Below are positions 7,656 through 17,049 of a stretch of DNA of 64,000 nt, piece by piece (positions within the stretch are counted from its first letter, which is position 1; the number at the start of each line of letters is the position of its first letter). The DNA comes from Candidatus Gottesmanbacteria bacterium (GTDB taxonomy: Bacteria > Patescibacteriota > Microgenomatia > UBA10105 > UBA927). A model generated the notes under the pieces. The model saw only the letters and a program-made list of their open reading frames with translations, did not search any database and was not told where the DNA came from. The stretch spans positions 2,057 to 66,056 of the forward strand of contig JAHFKN010000001.1 in the NCBI GenBank assembly GCA_023245355.1, in the 5' to 3' direction. The position numbers and the translations under genes are program-made.

Positions 7656-8732
7656 TTATAGGACGGGAAGCTGTTTGGAAGAGGCGGAGAGTACGTCCAC
7701 GGAGCCGTCTTTTATAAGGACAAGATCCTCGATACGGATTCCATATGAACCTTCAACATAGGCGCCCGGTTCTATGGTAACGGTCATATAAGGCAGAAGT
7801 GTTTCGGCGTGGTGTACGGTCAGTCTGGGAGCTTCATGAATATCGAGGCCTACCGAGTGCCCCAGACTGTGCGGGTACACCGGCAGGTTAGCTTCGGCAA
7901 TCACTTCGCGGGCTGCGGCATCGAGGGTGGCTCCGTTGCGCTCACCGTCCCGAAGAAGGCTCAGCGCTTTTTCGTTCGCAGAAAGCACGGCGTTGTGAGC
8001 TGCAATCCACTCGGGTTTGGGCGTACCGATAAAAGCCATCCGTGTCATATCTGCGCAGTACCCGTTTACCCTGGCTCCGAAGTCTAAAAGAACAATGTCA
8101 TTTTTCTGCAGCAGACTTTGTGTATCCGGTGCGTTGTAATAATGAGGTTGGGAGGTGTGTGGACCGAATGCGACGATCGGGGAGAAAGCGTTGCCGGCAC
8201 CGTTTGCACGGAAAAACTGCTCGATTTCCCACGCCAGGGTGTTTTCGCTTACCCCGGGGCGGATGAATTGCAGTATATGGGTGAAACACGCGTCAGTCAG
8301 CGCGGCCGCTTTCCTGATGTTGATCATTTCATCAGCGCGCTTGATCATACGCAGATTTTCTATTTTCTTTCCCGTTGGTATGAGTCGCACATGCGGAAGC
8401 GTTTGCTTCAAGTTGGACAATTCCGCGACAGTCAGATGTCGGTCTTCAAACCCCAGTTTGGATATGTGGTCGTCAGTCGTGATCGCAATGAGCGCTTCCG
8501 ACAGGGGGTGCTCCCGGCTTATTTCCGTAAACGTGAGTCGTTTTGCCTGCGTGAGGCGGCGCGCAGTCTCGGTATACAGACGGCTGGTAAAAAGTATGGT
8601 TTTATCGTGAGTCAAAAGCACGTAGGCCTCGCGTTCATGGGGTGAAACCCCCATGAATCCGGTGAGGTACCGGATATTGGAAGGATCTGTGATGAGAATT
8701 GCGCCAAGCGAGCCGAAAAACCCTTTATTCAT
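7656..8732 (-). CDS. Xaa-Pro aminopeptidase / M24 family metallopeptidase
   Basis: Pita-bread fold motifs are present (…HGLGHSVGLDIHE…, …GMTRT…). The start is set at the internal MNKGFF. The 92-aa Arg-rich N-terminal extension in the track overlaps the upstream gene and is probably spurious. Confidence 0.75.
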   Translation of the reverse strand: MNKGFFGSLGAILITDPSNIRYLTGFMGVSPHEREAYVLLTHDKTILFTSRLYTETARRLTQAKRLTFTEISREHPLSEALIAITTDDHISKLGFEDRHLTVAELSNLKQTLPHVRLIPTGKKIENLRMIKRADEMINIRKAAALTDACFTHILQFIRPGVSENTLAWEIEQFFRANGAGNAFSPIVAFGPHTSQPHYYNAPDTQSLLQKNDIVLLDFGARVNGYCADMTRMAFIGTPKPEWIAAHNAVLSANEKALSLLRDGERNGATLDAAAREVIAEANLPVYPHSLGHSVGLDIHEAPRLTVHHAETLLPYMTVTIEPGAYVEGSYGIRIEDLVLIKDGSVDVLSASSKQLPVL

Positions 8733-8761
8733 TGTTGGTATCGTACCACGAAATGGGTGTG

Positions 8762-9574
8762 TTATGGGGTTTCGGCGGGCGTCGCCGTGGGTTTTGGCGT
8801 CGCCTTCACTGTCGCAGAGGGGGAAGCGTCGGGAGCGGTGGTTGTCGTAGGAGCACCTGCTGCTCCGGTAATATTGCCTAAATCCAATATTCTGGACGCG
8901 CTGATGCGGTTTTCCTTTTTGGGAACGGGAATGCCGACGATATGCACGGAGTCTCCGACCGCCAGCTTGGAAAATCCTGCCTTGGTTATGCCCGAGGCGG
9001 CGGTCCACGCAGTGGTTTTGGTAGACTTTTCGATATCAACCGTAATACTCCTGCCGTCTGCCGTATTGACGATGAGCGAAAATTCTTCGCTGTCGACATC
9101 GGCGATAACACCGGTTATGCGCGATGTCTGCACGGCGCTTTCTATAAAAATATACTGCGCTTTCAGTAAATCCAACGCTTCGTCATAGGTGCCGAATACC
9201 GTAATCGGATCTTTTACTTCCAGCTTTTCCAGATCCAGATTTACCCGTTTACCGCTTATGACCTGTGAGACGGTCACGTCGTCAGTGAGTTCGATTTTGA
9301 TGTCTTTTGTTTTTGTCTCTACAGTGGCTGAGGTAAGCGAAATTGTTTTTACCGTACCGAACATTGCGCGTTTGACGACGGACCTGAGTTCCGCAACTTT
9401 GGTAGCCAGCCGGACTTTAAGTTCCTCAAGCTGCGCACTTGCCGTTGATGTGTTTGCGGCTTTGGGAGTCGCTGAAGGAGTCGAAATTGCAGCAAATGCG
9501 GGTGTTGTCAGCATGGATACTATGCCGATACATGCGATACACAATGCAATGCGGTGCGATGTTTGTATGTTCAT
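8762..9574 (-). CDS. Secreted hypothetical protein with a signal peptide and a Pro/Thr-rich C-terminal tail
   Basis: The N-terminus has a hydrophobic signal (…IGIVSMLTTPAFA). The C-terminus is low-complexity PTTTTAPDASPSATVKATPKPTATPAETP. Confidence 0.5.
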   Translation of the reverse strand: MNIQTSHRIALCIACIGIVSMLTTPAFAAISTPSATPKAANTSTASAQLEELKVRLATKVAELRSVVKRAMFGTVKTISLTSATVETKTKDIKIELTDDVTVSQVISGKRVNLDLEKLEVKDPITVFGTYDEALDLLKAQYIFIESAVQTSRITGVIADVDSEEFSLIVNTADGRSITVDIEKSTKTTAWTAASGITKAGFSKLAVGDSVHIVGIPVPKKENRISASRILDLGNITGAAGAPTTTTAPDASPSATVKATPKPTATPAETP

Positions 9575-9577
9575 GTG

Positions 9578-10033
9578 TTAAAAATCCTCCGGTGTGTAAT
9601 AGACGATGACTGACTGCGTCTGTATGTTTCCTTTTGAATAACTCGTGACGATAAGTTCATTTTTTCCTTCTCCCAGGGAAATTTTGCCGGCAAATGCGCC
9701 TTCTGCGTTAGCCACGACGACGTTTTCGGTGCTTTCTCCCTCAAGAACTATCGTCGCATTCGGCGGTGCGGAGCCGGAAACCAGCGATTCGTTTTTTCCC
9801 TCTATTGCTTCCGGTAACGGGCTTTGGATTGTTAAAACTTCATTCGGTTTCGGTGTGGGGGACGGCTTCGGACCGCTTTTTTGCGAAGTAAATTTGGAAA
9901 TCAGCGACGAGAAATCAGGCATGTGAATCGGCGGAAGATTTTTAAACACCGACGGACCCAAAAAAACAAGCGCGGCAATTACGAGTCCGACTCCGAATCC
10001 GATAACAGTAGCTAGAAGCGCGTCTTTATTCAT
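9578..10033 (-). CDS. Membrane-anchored hypothetical protein
   Basis: 151 aa with one N-terminal TM helix and a Pro-rich linker. No motif was recognised. Confidence 0.45.
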   Translation of the reverse strand: MNKDALLATVIGFGVGLVIAALVFLGPSVFKNLPPIHMPDFSSLISKFTSQKSGPKPSPTPKPNEVLTIQSPLPEAIEGKNESLVSGSAPPNATIVLEGESTENVVVANAEGAFAGKISLGEGKNELIVTSYSKGNIQTQSVIVYYTPEDF

Positions 10034-10114
10034 ATACAGAAATTGGAACAGTACACGTAATTATACCGTACGTACCGGGGCAGGGAAACCCTAAGCTTAT
10101 AGCGTAGGGGGTTG

Positions 10115-10143
10115 TTGCTTAGGATACTTAAATCTGATATAAA
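10115..10143 (+). promoter_or_regulatory. Putative sigma70 promoter for the MBL-hydrolase/dnaB transcription unit
   Basis: TTGCTT, 17 nt, TATAAA, about 12 nt upstream of the 10155 start. Confidence 0.3.
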
Positions 10144-10154
10144 ATGCAACTACT

Positions 10155-10790
10155 ATGGAAATACTTCCCCTGGGTCATGCATCATTTAAACTCCGCGGTA
10201 AGTTCGCTACCGTCGTAACGGATCCGTATGATGAAAAAGAAATGGGTATCAAATACCCCAAACACATCGAAGCAGATATCCTGACGATTTCCCATAATCA
10301 CTTTGATCACAACGCGAAAGGCCTTATAGGGGGCTCTCCGTTTGTCGTTGAGGGAGCAGGAGAGTACGAAATCAAAGGCGTATCCGTCATCGGTGTCGGG
10401 TCGTTTCATGATGATAAAAACGGAGAAGAGCGCGGAAAAAACACGATGTACAGGATAGAAATAGACGGAATCCGGCTGCTGCATTTAGGTGATTTAGGAC
10501 ACGTGTTGTCATCTGCGCAGGTAGATGTGGTGGACGGCGTGGACGTGCTATTTATCCCGGTCGGAGGCGTATATACGATTGATGCGGAAAAGGCAGCACA
10601 GGTTATTTCCGACATAGAGCCGCGTATTGTCATTCCGATGCACTACGGAACCGATACGTACAACAAGAGTCTTGCTCCCGTATCCGTATTTCTGAAACAA
10701 ATGGGCAAGGAATCCGTTACTCCGGGAGCGAAATTAACGATCAGCCGCGATAAACTACCTGCCGAGATGCAAGTCGTCGTACTTGAGTAA
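10155..10790 (+). CDS. MBL-fold metal-dependent hydrolase (UPF0173-like)
   Basis: 211 aa with an HNHFDH metal-binding motif. Confidence 0.7.
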   Translation: MEILPLGHASFKLRGKFATVVTDPYDEKEMGIKYPKHIEADILTISHNHFDHNAKGLIGGSPFVVEGAGEYEIKGVSVIGVGSFHDDKNGEERGKNTMYRIEIDGIRLLHLGDLGHVLSSAQVDVVDGVDVLFIPVGGVYTIDAEKAAQVISDIEPRIVIPMHYGTDTYNKSLAPVSVFLKQMGKESVTPGAKLTISRDKLPAEMQVVVLE

Positions 10791-10793
10791 ACC

Positions 10794-12143
10794 ATGACGA
10801 GCCCCAAAGTTCCTCCGCACGACAATGTCGCCGAACAGTCGGTGTTGGGCGCTGTTCTCATCGATAAAGATACCATGGTTGATGTCGCGGAATTTTTACG
10901 TCCGCATCATTTTTACGCGCCGATTCATGGAATGATTTTTGAGGCGATGCTCGAATTGTATGAGGCGCATGAACCGATAGACGTCGTGACACTGTCTGCC
11001 CAGCTTAAGAAAAAAGGAACACTCAAGGATGTCGGGGGAGCAGCGTATTTATCGGATCTCGTAAACGTCGTCCCCACAAGCGCCCATGCCGAGCAATATG
11101 CGCGCATCATTACGGAACACGCCACGAAACGGCGGTTGGTAGAAGCGGCAGCCAAAATTACCGAGATGGCATTCCGGGATGAAGGCGGATCGGAATCCAT
11201 CGTTAATGACGCGGAAATGGAAATTTTTGCCATTGCCCAGTCGACCACCCGGCGAGATTTTTTGCCGATTAAAGACGCGCTCGCCGCATCGTTTGACCGT
11301 CTCGATGAACTGCATAAGCGGGCGGGAGGTTTGCGCGGCGTGCCGACAGGATTTAATGAAGTGGATACTAAACTGGCCGGCATGCAGGATGCAAACCTTA
11401 TTATTCTCGCCGCACGTCCGGGAACCGGCAAAACAGCCATGATATTAAACATCGCACAGCACGTGACGGTAAAAGAAAAAATTCCGACCGGCATATTTTC
11501 TCTTGAAATGAGCAAGGAAGAACTGGTCGACCGGTTGCTCGTTTCTCAGGCGGACATCGACGCTTGGAGGCTTAAGACCGGCAAACTGACGGACGACGAT
11601 TTCACCAAGTTGTCCGACGCGATGGGCGAACTCGCCGAAGCGCCGCTGTTTATCGATGATACACCGGGTATGAATATCATCGAGATGCGTACGAAAGCCA
11701 GGCGGCTCCAGGTAGAGCACGGTGTAAAGCTTATCATCGTCGATTACCTGCAGCTATGCGACCCGGGCCGGAAATTTGATAACCGTGTCCAGGAGGTGTC
11801 TATTATTTCCCAAAGTCTTAAAAATCTGGCCCGCGAATTACGGATTCCGGTCCTTGCCTGTTCACAACTTTCCCGGGCGGTCGAAACCCGCGGCACCAGA
11901 GTGCCGGAGCTGTCGGATTTGCGTGAGTCCGGATCCATTGAGCAGGACGCTGACGTTGTTATGTTTTTGTACCGGGAAGAGGCGGATCAGGCGATGTGGG
12001 GGGATCAGATTCAGACGAAACTCAGGATCGCCAAACACCGTAACGGACCTCTTGGGGAAATCGACCTTATATTCCGCGGAGACCGCATCCGGTTTTATTC
12101 CGTGGAACACAAGCATACCGACGCCCCTCCTGCTGTCCACTAG
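10794..12143 (+). CDS. dnaB: Replicative DNA helicase
   Basis: 449 aa. It has the N-terminal DnaB domain and a RecA-like core with Walker A GARPGTGKTA. No intein is present. Confidence 0.9.
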   Translation: MTSPKVPPHDNVAEQSVLGAVLIDKDTMVDVAEFLRPHHFYAPIHGMIFEAMLELYEAHEPIDVVTLSAQLKKKGTLKDVGGAAYLSDLVNVVPTSAHAEQYARIITEHATKRRLVEAAAKITEMAFRDEGGSESIVNDAEMEIFAIAQSTTRRDFLPIKDALAASFDRLDELHKRAGGLRGVPTGFNEVDTKLAGMQDANLIILAARPGTGKTAMILNIAQHVTVKEKIPTGIFSLEMSKEELVDRLLVSQADIDAWRLKTGKLTDDDFTKLSDAMGELAEAPLFIDDTPGMNIIEMRTKARRLQVEHGVKLIIVDYLQLCDPGRKFDNRVQEVSIISQSLKNLARELRIPVLACSQLSRAVETRGTRVPELSDLRESGSIEQDADVVMFLYREEADQAMWGDQIQTKLRIAKHRNGPLGEIDLIFRGDRIRFYSVEHKHTDAPPAVH

Positions 12144-12188
12144 CCGTATTCCGCTTGCTGCCTCATTTGCGTTATAATACGTTCTGTT

Positions 12189-12276
12189 GCCGAGGTGGCG
12201 GAATGGCAGACGCTCAGGTCTCAAAAACCTGTGAGGTTAACCCCTCGTGGAGGTTCGACTCCTCTCCTCGGCACCA
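12189..12276 (+). tRNA. tRNA-Leu(CAA), type II, CCA encoded
   Basis: Acceptor stem GCCGAGG/CCUCGGC, anticodon loop CUCAAAA, a long variable arm, T-loop UUCGACU, and a 3' ACCA end. Confidence 0.9.
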
Positions 12277-12306
12277 CATGCGGGGGTATGGTATAGTGAA
12301 ACACAT

Positions 12307-13260
12307 ATGAAACTTTCCAAACTCTATTCACTGGCAGTAACGATGGGTATCGAAGCGGATCCGCGCGGGAAAGACGGTATCAAAAACCTGCTTTTGCGCC
12401 GCAAAAAAGAATTCGACGAACTCCCCAAATCCAAACGCGCGGAGTATGACGAAGAAGATCTGGTTAATCCGTACTCGGATTCGCGTATTTTCTGGGGTTC
12501 TCCTGATTTGGACGTCGATTCCATTATGGCAGGTATCGATATCAATGCCGCAGAAGTGCTGCTTGCCGACCGTCTGAACCAAAAAGGAGAGAGTATCGAT
12601 CTGCTGCTGACCCATCATCCCGAAGGCGCATCGCTTGCATCACTTCATGAAGTTATGGAAGTTCAGGCGGATATTTGGGCCAAATACGGTGTTCCGATAA
12701 ATATTGCCGAGGGCGTCATGCGGGAACGTATTCATGAAGTGCAGCGGAGATTTTCACCTGTCAATCACGCGGAAGCCATCGATGCGGCCAAACTGCTCGG
12801 GTTGGCATTTATGGGAATGCACACGGTGACGGATAATCTCGTGCATCAGTATATGGAACGCCTTTTTGAGAAGCATGTTCCCGAAACTGTCGGGGATGTC
12901 ATGGATATGTTAAAACGCGAGCCGGAGTATAAAGAAGCGATGAAAGGAAAAGCAGGTCCTATGATATTTGCCGGAGACGCAAAAAACAGAGCCGGAAAAG
13001 TTGCCCCCATTGAATTTACCGGAGGAACGGAGCCGTCCCATATTATTTACGAAAAGCTTGCCATGGCAGGAGTGGGAACCGTTATCGGCATGCATGCGGG
13101 CGAGGAGCACCGGAAAGAAGCACTCAAATACCATATTAACCTCGTGATAGCCGGGCACATGAGTTCGGACAGTCTGGGGATGAATTTATTGCTCGATGCG
13201 TTTCAAAAGCAGGGAATTAAAATTCTTCCGTGTTCCGGACTGATCCGCGTCCCCAGATAA
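12307..13260 (+). CDS. Nif3 / DUF34 family dinuclear-metal protein
   Basis: LLLTHHPEG and IAGHMSSDSLG are Nif3 hallmarks. The start is set at MKLSKLY (12307). The track ORF extends back into the tRNA-Leu and that extension is spurious. Confidence 0.7.
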   Translation: MKLSKLYSLAVTMGIEADPRGKDGIKNLLLRRKKEFDELPKSKRAEYDEEDLVNPYSDSRIFWGSPDLDVDSIMAGIDINAAEVLLADRLNQKGESIDLLLTHHPEGASLASLHEVMEVQADIWAKYGVPINIAEGVMRERIHEVQRRFSPVNHAEAIDAAKLLGLAFMGMHTVTDNLVHQYMERLFEKHVPETVGDVMDMLKREPEYKEAMKGKAGPMIFAGDAKNRAGKVAPIEFTGGTEPSHIIYEKLAMAGVGTVIGMHAGEEHRKEALKYHINLVIAGHMSSDSLGMNLLLDAFQKQGIKILPCSGLIRVPR

Positions 13261-13302
13261 GCTACGAATATTTCCGCCCGGGAATGCCGGCTTTTTTCGT
13301 TG

Positions 13303-13776
13303 TTACGAAAGAATAAATAAGAAGAATGCAACGGTTGCAACCTGCGTAATCATTCCAAGCGGCAGTTGTGCTTTCGCATGGAATATGTTCGGAAGTTTAT
13401 AGAATGCATACGTAAACCGCTCCAGGAATCCTGCGTTTTTGGACGGTTCGTGTTTTTTCTGATTAGCGTAGAAGATATACCACGGGGTTTCCAGCCAGTC
13501 CGGCATGATGCCGAACGCGACGGTAACTGCCCAAAGGGTAAACGGCAAATGCTGCCCGAAAAAATAATAGGAAAGCCCTATTCCGAACACTGTCTCCGTG
13601 ATGGCAAACACGCCGGTCGTATATTTGGGACGGTTTCTCCAGTTCGTACCGAAATCCCAATGGGGTATGCTGTCCATGACGTAGTGGGAGGTGAGTGCGA
13701 GAAGGGAAGCCGTACCGGGGTCGGAAAAACGTGATGCGATAGCTCCGGAAACGAGGGCGTGTGCGGCGGCAGTCAT
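13303..13776 (-). CDS. Membrane protein, DUF457 / YdjM-like
   Basis: 157 aa and polytopic. The SHYVMDSIPHW motif suggests a membrane-bound metal-dependent hydrolase. Confidence 0.4.
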   Translation of the reverse strand: MTAAAHALVSGAIASRFSDPGTASLLALTSHYVMDSIPHWDFGTNWRNRPKYTTGVFAITETVFGIGLSYYFFGQHLPFTLWAVTVAFGIMPDWLETPWYIFYANQKKHEPSKNAGFLERFTYAFYKLPNIFHAKAQLPLGMITQVATVAFFLFILS

Positions 13777-13856
13777 GGTTCTATTGTATGATAAGATGGT
13801 TGGTGTTGCAAAGTTTCAGCCTAAAACATATGAAAGTTACCCACCTTACGAAAAAA

Positions 13857-15146
13857 ATGGATCCGGTGCTGGAAGTGCTTTCTAACGGATTGTTCCGCAG
13901 GTTATGGATCGGTCAGATGACAAGCCAGCTTGCTGGCAACATGCTTATTTTTTTGTTAGCGCTTCTTATGTACCGGAAAACAGGGAGTAACGTTGCGGTG
14001 TCCGGATTGTTCCTGGCGTACGGGCTTCCGTCGTTATTGTTCGGGGTTATAGCAGGCACTATCGTTGACCGTCTGGACCGCCGCGCCGTGCTGCTTGTAG
14101 CCCATGCGTCACGCGCACTGCTGGTATTTGCAGTATTAGCCCTCAATGAGCGGATTTCCGCGGTGTACCTGATCGTTTTTCTTTACGCGGTGATCAATCA
14201 GCTTACGATGCCTTCCGAAGTTCCCCTGATTCCGCAATTCGTGCCGAAAAGTCATCTTGTATCAGCGAACAGTCTTTTTTCATTTACTTTTTACAGCAGT
14301 ATGGCGATCGGGCTTATTTCAGCAGGTCCCGTACTCCGGTGGCTCGGACGGGACGGCGCGCATATACTGATTTTTGCTCTGTTTCTTGTGGCGGCAATTT
14401 CCGTATTCGGTATCCCCCCGCAGGGGGAGGGGATTAAGTCCCTTAAACGTATATTTCATTATGATTTCTTTTACATCCTGAAACGATTCTTAGCAAATAT
14501 GCAGATGGGAATCCAGTATGTTGCCAAATCGCCGGTGTTACGGGATGCGGTCGTGCTGCTTACAGGTACACAGATTATGCTGGTGCTGCTGGGGACATTG
14601 GGGCCGGGATTTGCCGATACGGTGCTCCGCATTGACGTGCGGGACGCGTCGCTTCTGATTGTCGGCCCCACGATTTTCGGAATATTAAGCGGCACGGTAT
14701 GGGTCGGGAACCGCGGGTACCGGTATCCGTCTTCCAGACTCATGAATATCGGCGTGTTGTCTGCGGGTATCATCCTGATAACCACGTCGCTCCTGTTCGG
14801 GGCTGCAAATACCCTGTGGTTTTCGCTTGTTCCGCGGCCGCTTGTTTTGTCTATGGCACTGGGATTGTTTTTTATGCTGGGAGTAGCAAACAGTCTGCTG
14901 GATGTCCCGTCCAATACCATTTTGCAGAAAGAAGCCGAAGGGGATATGAGAGGAAGGGTCTACGGAATACTGTCTGCGTCCGTAGGCGGGGCAGGCATTC
15001 TGCCTGTCGTCGTAAGCGGTGTATTGGCGGATTTAATCGGCGTCGGACAGGTTATTTTTTTGTTGGGACTCGTGGTAACATTGTATGGGTTCTACCGGTG
15101 GACCGTGAACCGGCATATACCCGTTTCTGAGACGCATACCATATGA
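13857..15146 (+). CDS. MFS transporter
   Basis: About 12 TM segments with an N-terminal FRRLWIGQ motif. The start is chosen at MDPVLEV (13857). The upstream extension overlaps the convergent gene. Confidence 0.7.
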   Translation: MDPVLEVLSNGLFRRLWIGQMTSQLAGNMLIFLLALLMYRKTGSNVAVSGLFLAYGLPSLLFGVIAGTIVDRLDRRAVLLVAHASRALLVFAVLALNERISAVYLIVFLYAVINQLTMPSEVPLIPQFVPKSHLVSANSLFSFTFYSSMAIGLISAGPVLRWLGRDGAHILIFALFLVAAISVFGIPPQGEGIKSLKRIFHYDFFYILKRFLANMQMGIQYVAKSPVLRDAVVLLTGTQIMLVLLGTLGPGFADTVLRIDVRDASLLIVGPTIFGILSGTVWVGNRGYRYPSSRLMNIGVLSAGIILITTSLLFGAANTLWFSLVPRPLVLSMALGLFFMLGVANSLLDVPSNTILQKEAEGDMRGRVYGILSASVGGAGILPVVVSGVLADLIGVGQVIFLLGLVVTLYGFYRWTVNRHIPVSETHTI

Positions 15147-15985
15147 TACCGGCTCTTATTCCCATCGATCATGGAGGAATTGTCGTCATGAACAGCGTTA
15201 TCGTGCTGGCATGGCTTTCGTTTTCGTTCCTGTTCTGGCGGGGGTTGCGCGCCGTCGCTGTCGAAGAAGACAGGATTTTTGATCTGACGTTTTATATGAC
15301 GCTTGTCGCGTTTGTCGCCGCCCGGTTCGGGTTTGTGCTCACACATTGGGAACTATTTTCCGGTAAATCACCGCTTCTTATTGTCGCATTATGGGTGTCT
15401 CCAGGATTATCCTGGCTCGCAGCGTTAGTGGGCGGGCTGGCTGCGTGTGTCGCGTTGAGCCGTCAGTATAAAGTGCGGCTGGGATTGGTGCTGGATACCC
15501 TTTCTGCGGCGTTACCGCTGCCGATTATTCTCGGAGAGGCGGGTTCGCTGATTACCGGTGCCGAACTCGGGGTCGCCTCCGGGCTTCCGTGGGCGCTACG
15601 CATAGGCACAGACGGGATTACCCGCCATCCGATACAGCTGTATGAAATGATAGGGCTAATTATAGTGAGCATTATCATGCTCCGTCTGAATGTACGATCC
15701 GTCAGGAATAAATGGCCGTACGGGATAACCGGAATCTGGTTTTTCCTTTTGTATGCGACAACCGCGTTCCTCCTTGAGTTTGCTAAAGATGCTCGTGTAT
15801 ACTGGAGTACGCTTAGCGCCAATCAATGGGTGTTGATTGGCATTTTTGCTGAATGTGTTGGAGTGCTCTATGTACGGGGCGGCGGCAGGGAACATCTGCG
15901 GCCATTTGCACACAGATTATTAAAATTTTTGGAAGAGAAAGGAAAGAAGTTGCATGAATCAATTTCCCGCCGACACACTGATTGA
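15143..15985 (+). CDS. lgt: Prolipoprotein diacylglyceryl transferase
   Basis: It carries the Lgt signature TRHPIQLYEMI and is polytopic. Confidence 0.8.
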   Translation: MIPALIPIDHGGIVVMNSVIVLAWLSFSFLFWRGLRAVAVEEDRIFDLTFYMTLVAFVAARFGFVLTHWELFSGKSPLLIVALWVSPGLSWLAALVGGLAACVALSRQYKVRLGLVLDTLSAALPLPIILGEAGSLITGAELGVASGLPWALRIGTDGITRHPIQLYEMIGLIIVSIIMLRLNVRSVRNKWPYGITGIWFFLLYATTAFLLEFAKDARVYWSTLSANQWVLIGIFAECVGVLYVRGGGREHLRPFAHRLLKFLEEKGKKLHESISRRHTD

Positions 15986-16316
15986 TATCCGAAAACATCT
16001 TGAAGAAGAGAAGGCCAGACTTCTGGCGCGAATTTCCGAACTTACGGTTCAGGATCCGTTCAGCGATCCGGACAGAACGAGTGACAATGCCGCAAGCGAT
16101 ACGGAGGCCAGTGAAGAAAGTAATCATGACCGTGTGTCTGCACTGGTCAATGAGCTGAAAACACAGGCAGCAGAAGTAGAAGCCGCCTTATCCAAAATAC
16201 AGGACGGTACATACGGATTCTGCGTCGAGTGCGGAAAGATGATCGATACCGACCGCCTGGCCATACATCCGACAGCTACCATGTGTTTGTCCTGCGAGTC
16301 GAAGAAGAAAAAGTAG
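15954..16316 (+). CDS. DksA/TraR-family C4 zinc-finger protein
   Basis: C-terminal CVECGKMID...CLSCE zinc finger. Confidence 0.7.
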   Translation: MNQFPADTLIDIRKHLEEEKARLLARISELTVQDPFSDPDRTSDNAASDTEASEESNHDRVSALVNELKTQAAEVEAALSKIQDGTYGFCVECGKMIDTDRLAIHPTATMCLSCESKKKK

Positions 16317-16323
16317 GCGCAAG

Positions 16324-17031
16324 ATGGATATCCCCATACTTTACGAAGACGAACATGTATTCGTCATTAACAAACCTCCGGGTATTGTCGTCAACCGCGC
16401 GGAATCAGTAAAAGAGGAGACCGTGCAGGATTGGGCAGCCCCCAAAGTCTTACGGGACGGATTTGTTCCGTCTACTGATGATGAAAAAGTGTTTGTTGAA
16501 CGCGCAGGGATCGTGCACCGGATAGACAAAGAAACATCCGGCTGTCTTATCATTGCCAAAACCGTTACGGCATTTACCGATATACAGCGGCAGTTTAAAG
16601 AGCGCATTGTCAAAAAAACATATCTTGCGATTGTGCACGGCCATCTCGTGCCGGAGTCAGGGGAGATACGGGCCCCGGTCGGCCGTCTTCCGTGGAACCG
16701 CGAACGGTTCGGGATTCTTCCCGGAGGCAAGGACGCAGTGACCAAATATACCGTTATGCGTACGGGAAATTCACACAAAACCGATATTTCATTGGTTGCC
16801 CTTTATCCCGAAACGGGGCGCACCCATCAGATTCGGGTGCACGTAAAGTACATCAATCATCCGATTATCGGGGATTGGCAATACGCCGGACGCAAAACGG
16901 CACGCGCAGACAGGGTTTGGGCGCCCCGCGTGATGCTGCATGCGTGGAAGGTCGCGTTTATGCATCCTGCCAATCATACGGAACTTGCAATTGAAGCTCC
17001 CGTACCGGATGATATGAAGAGTATCATCTGA
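16324..17031 (+). CDS. RluA-family pseudouridine synthase
   Basis: Catalytic motif HRIDKETSGCLIIAK. Confidence 0.8.
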   Translation: MDIPILYEDEHVFVINKPPGIVVNRAESVKEETVQDWAAPKVLRDGFVPSTDDEKVFVERAGIVHRIDKETSGCLIIAKTVTAFTDIQRQFKERIVKKTYLAIVHGHLVPESGEIRAPVGRLPWNRERFGILPGGKDAVTKYTVMRTGNSHKTDISLVALYPETGRTHQIRVHVKYINHPIIGDWQYAGRKTARADRVWAPRVMLHAWKVAFMHPANHTELAIEAPVPDDMKSII

Positions 17032-17049
17032 AAATACGGAGAGCCCGGG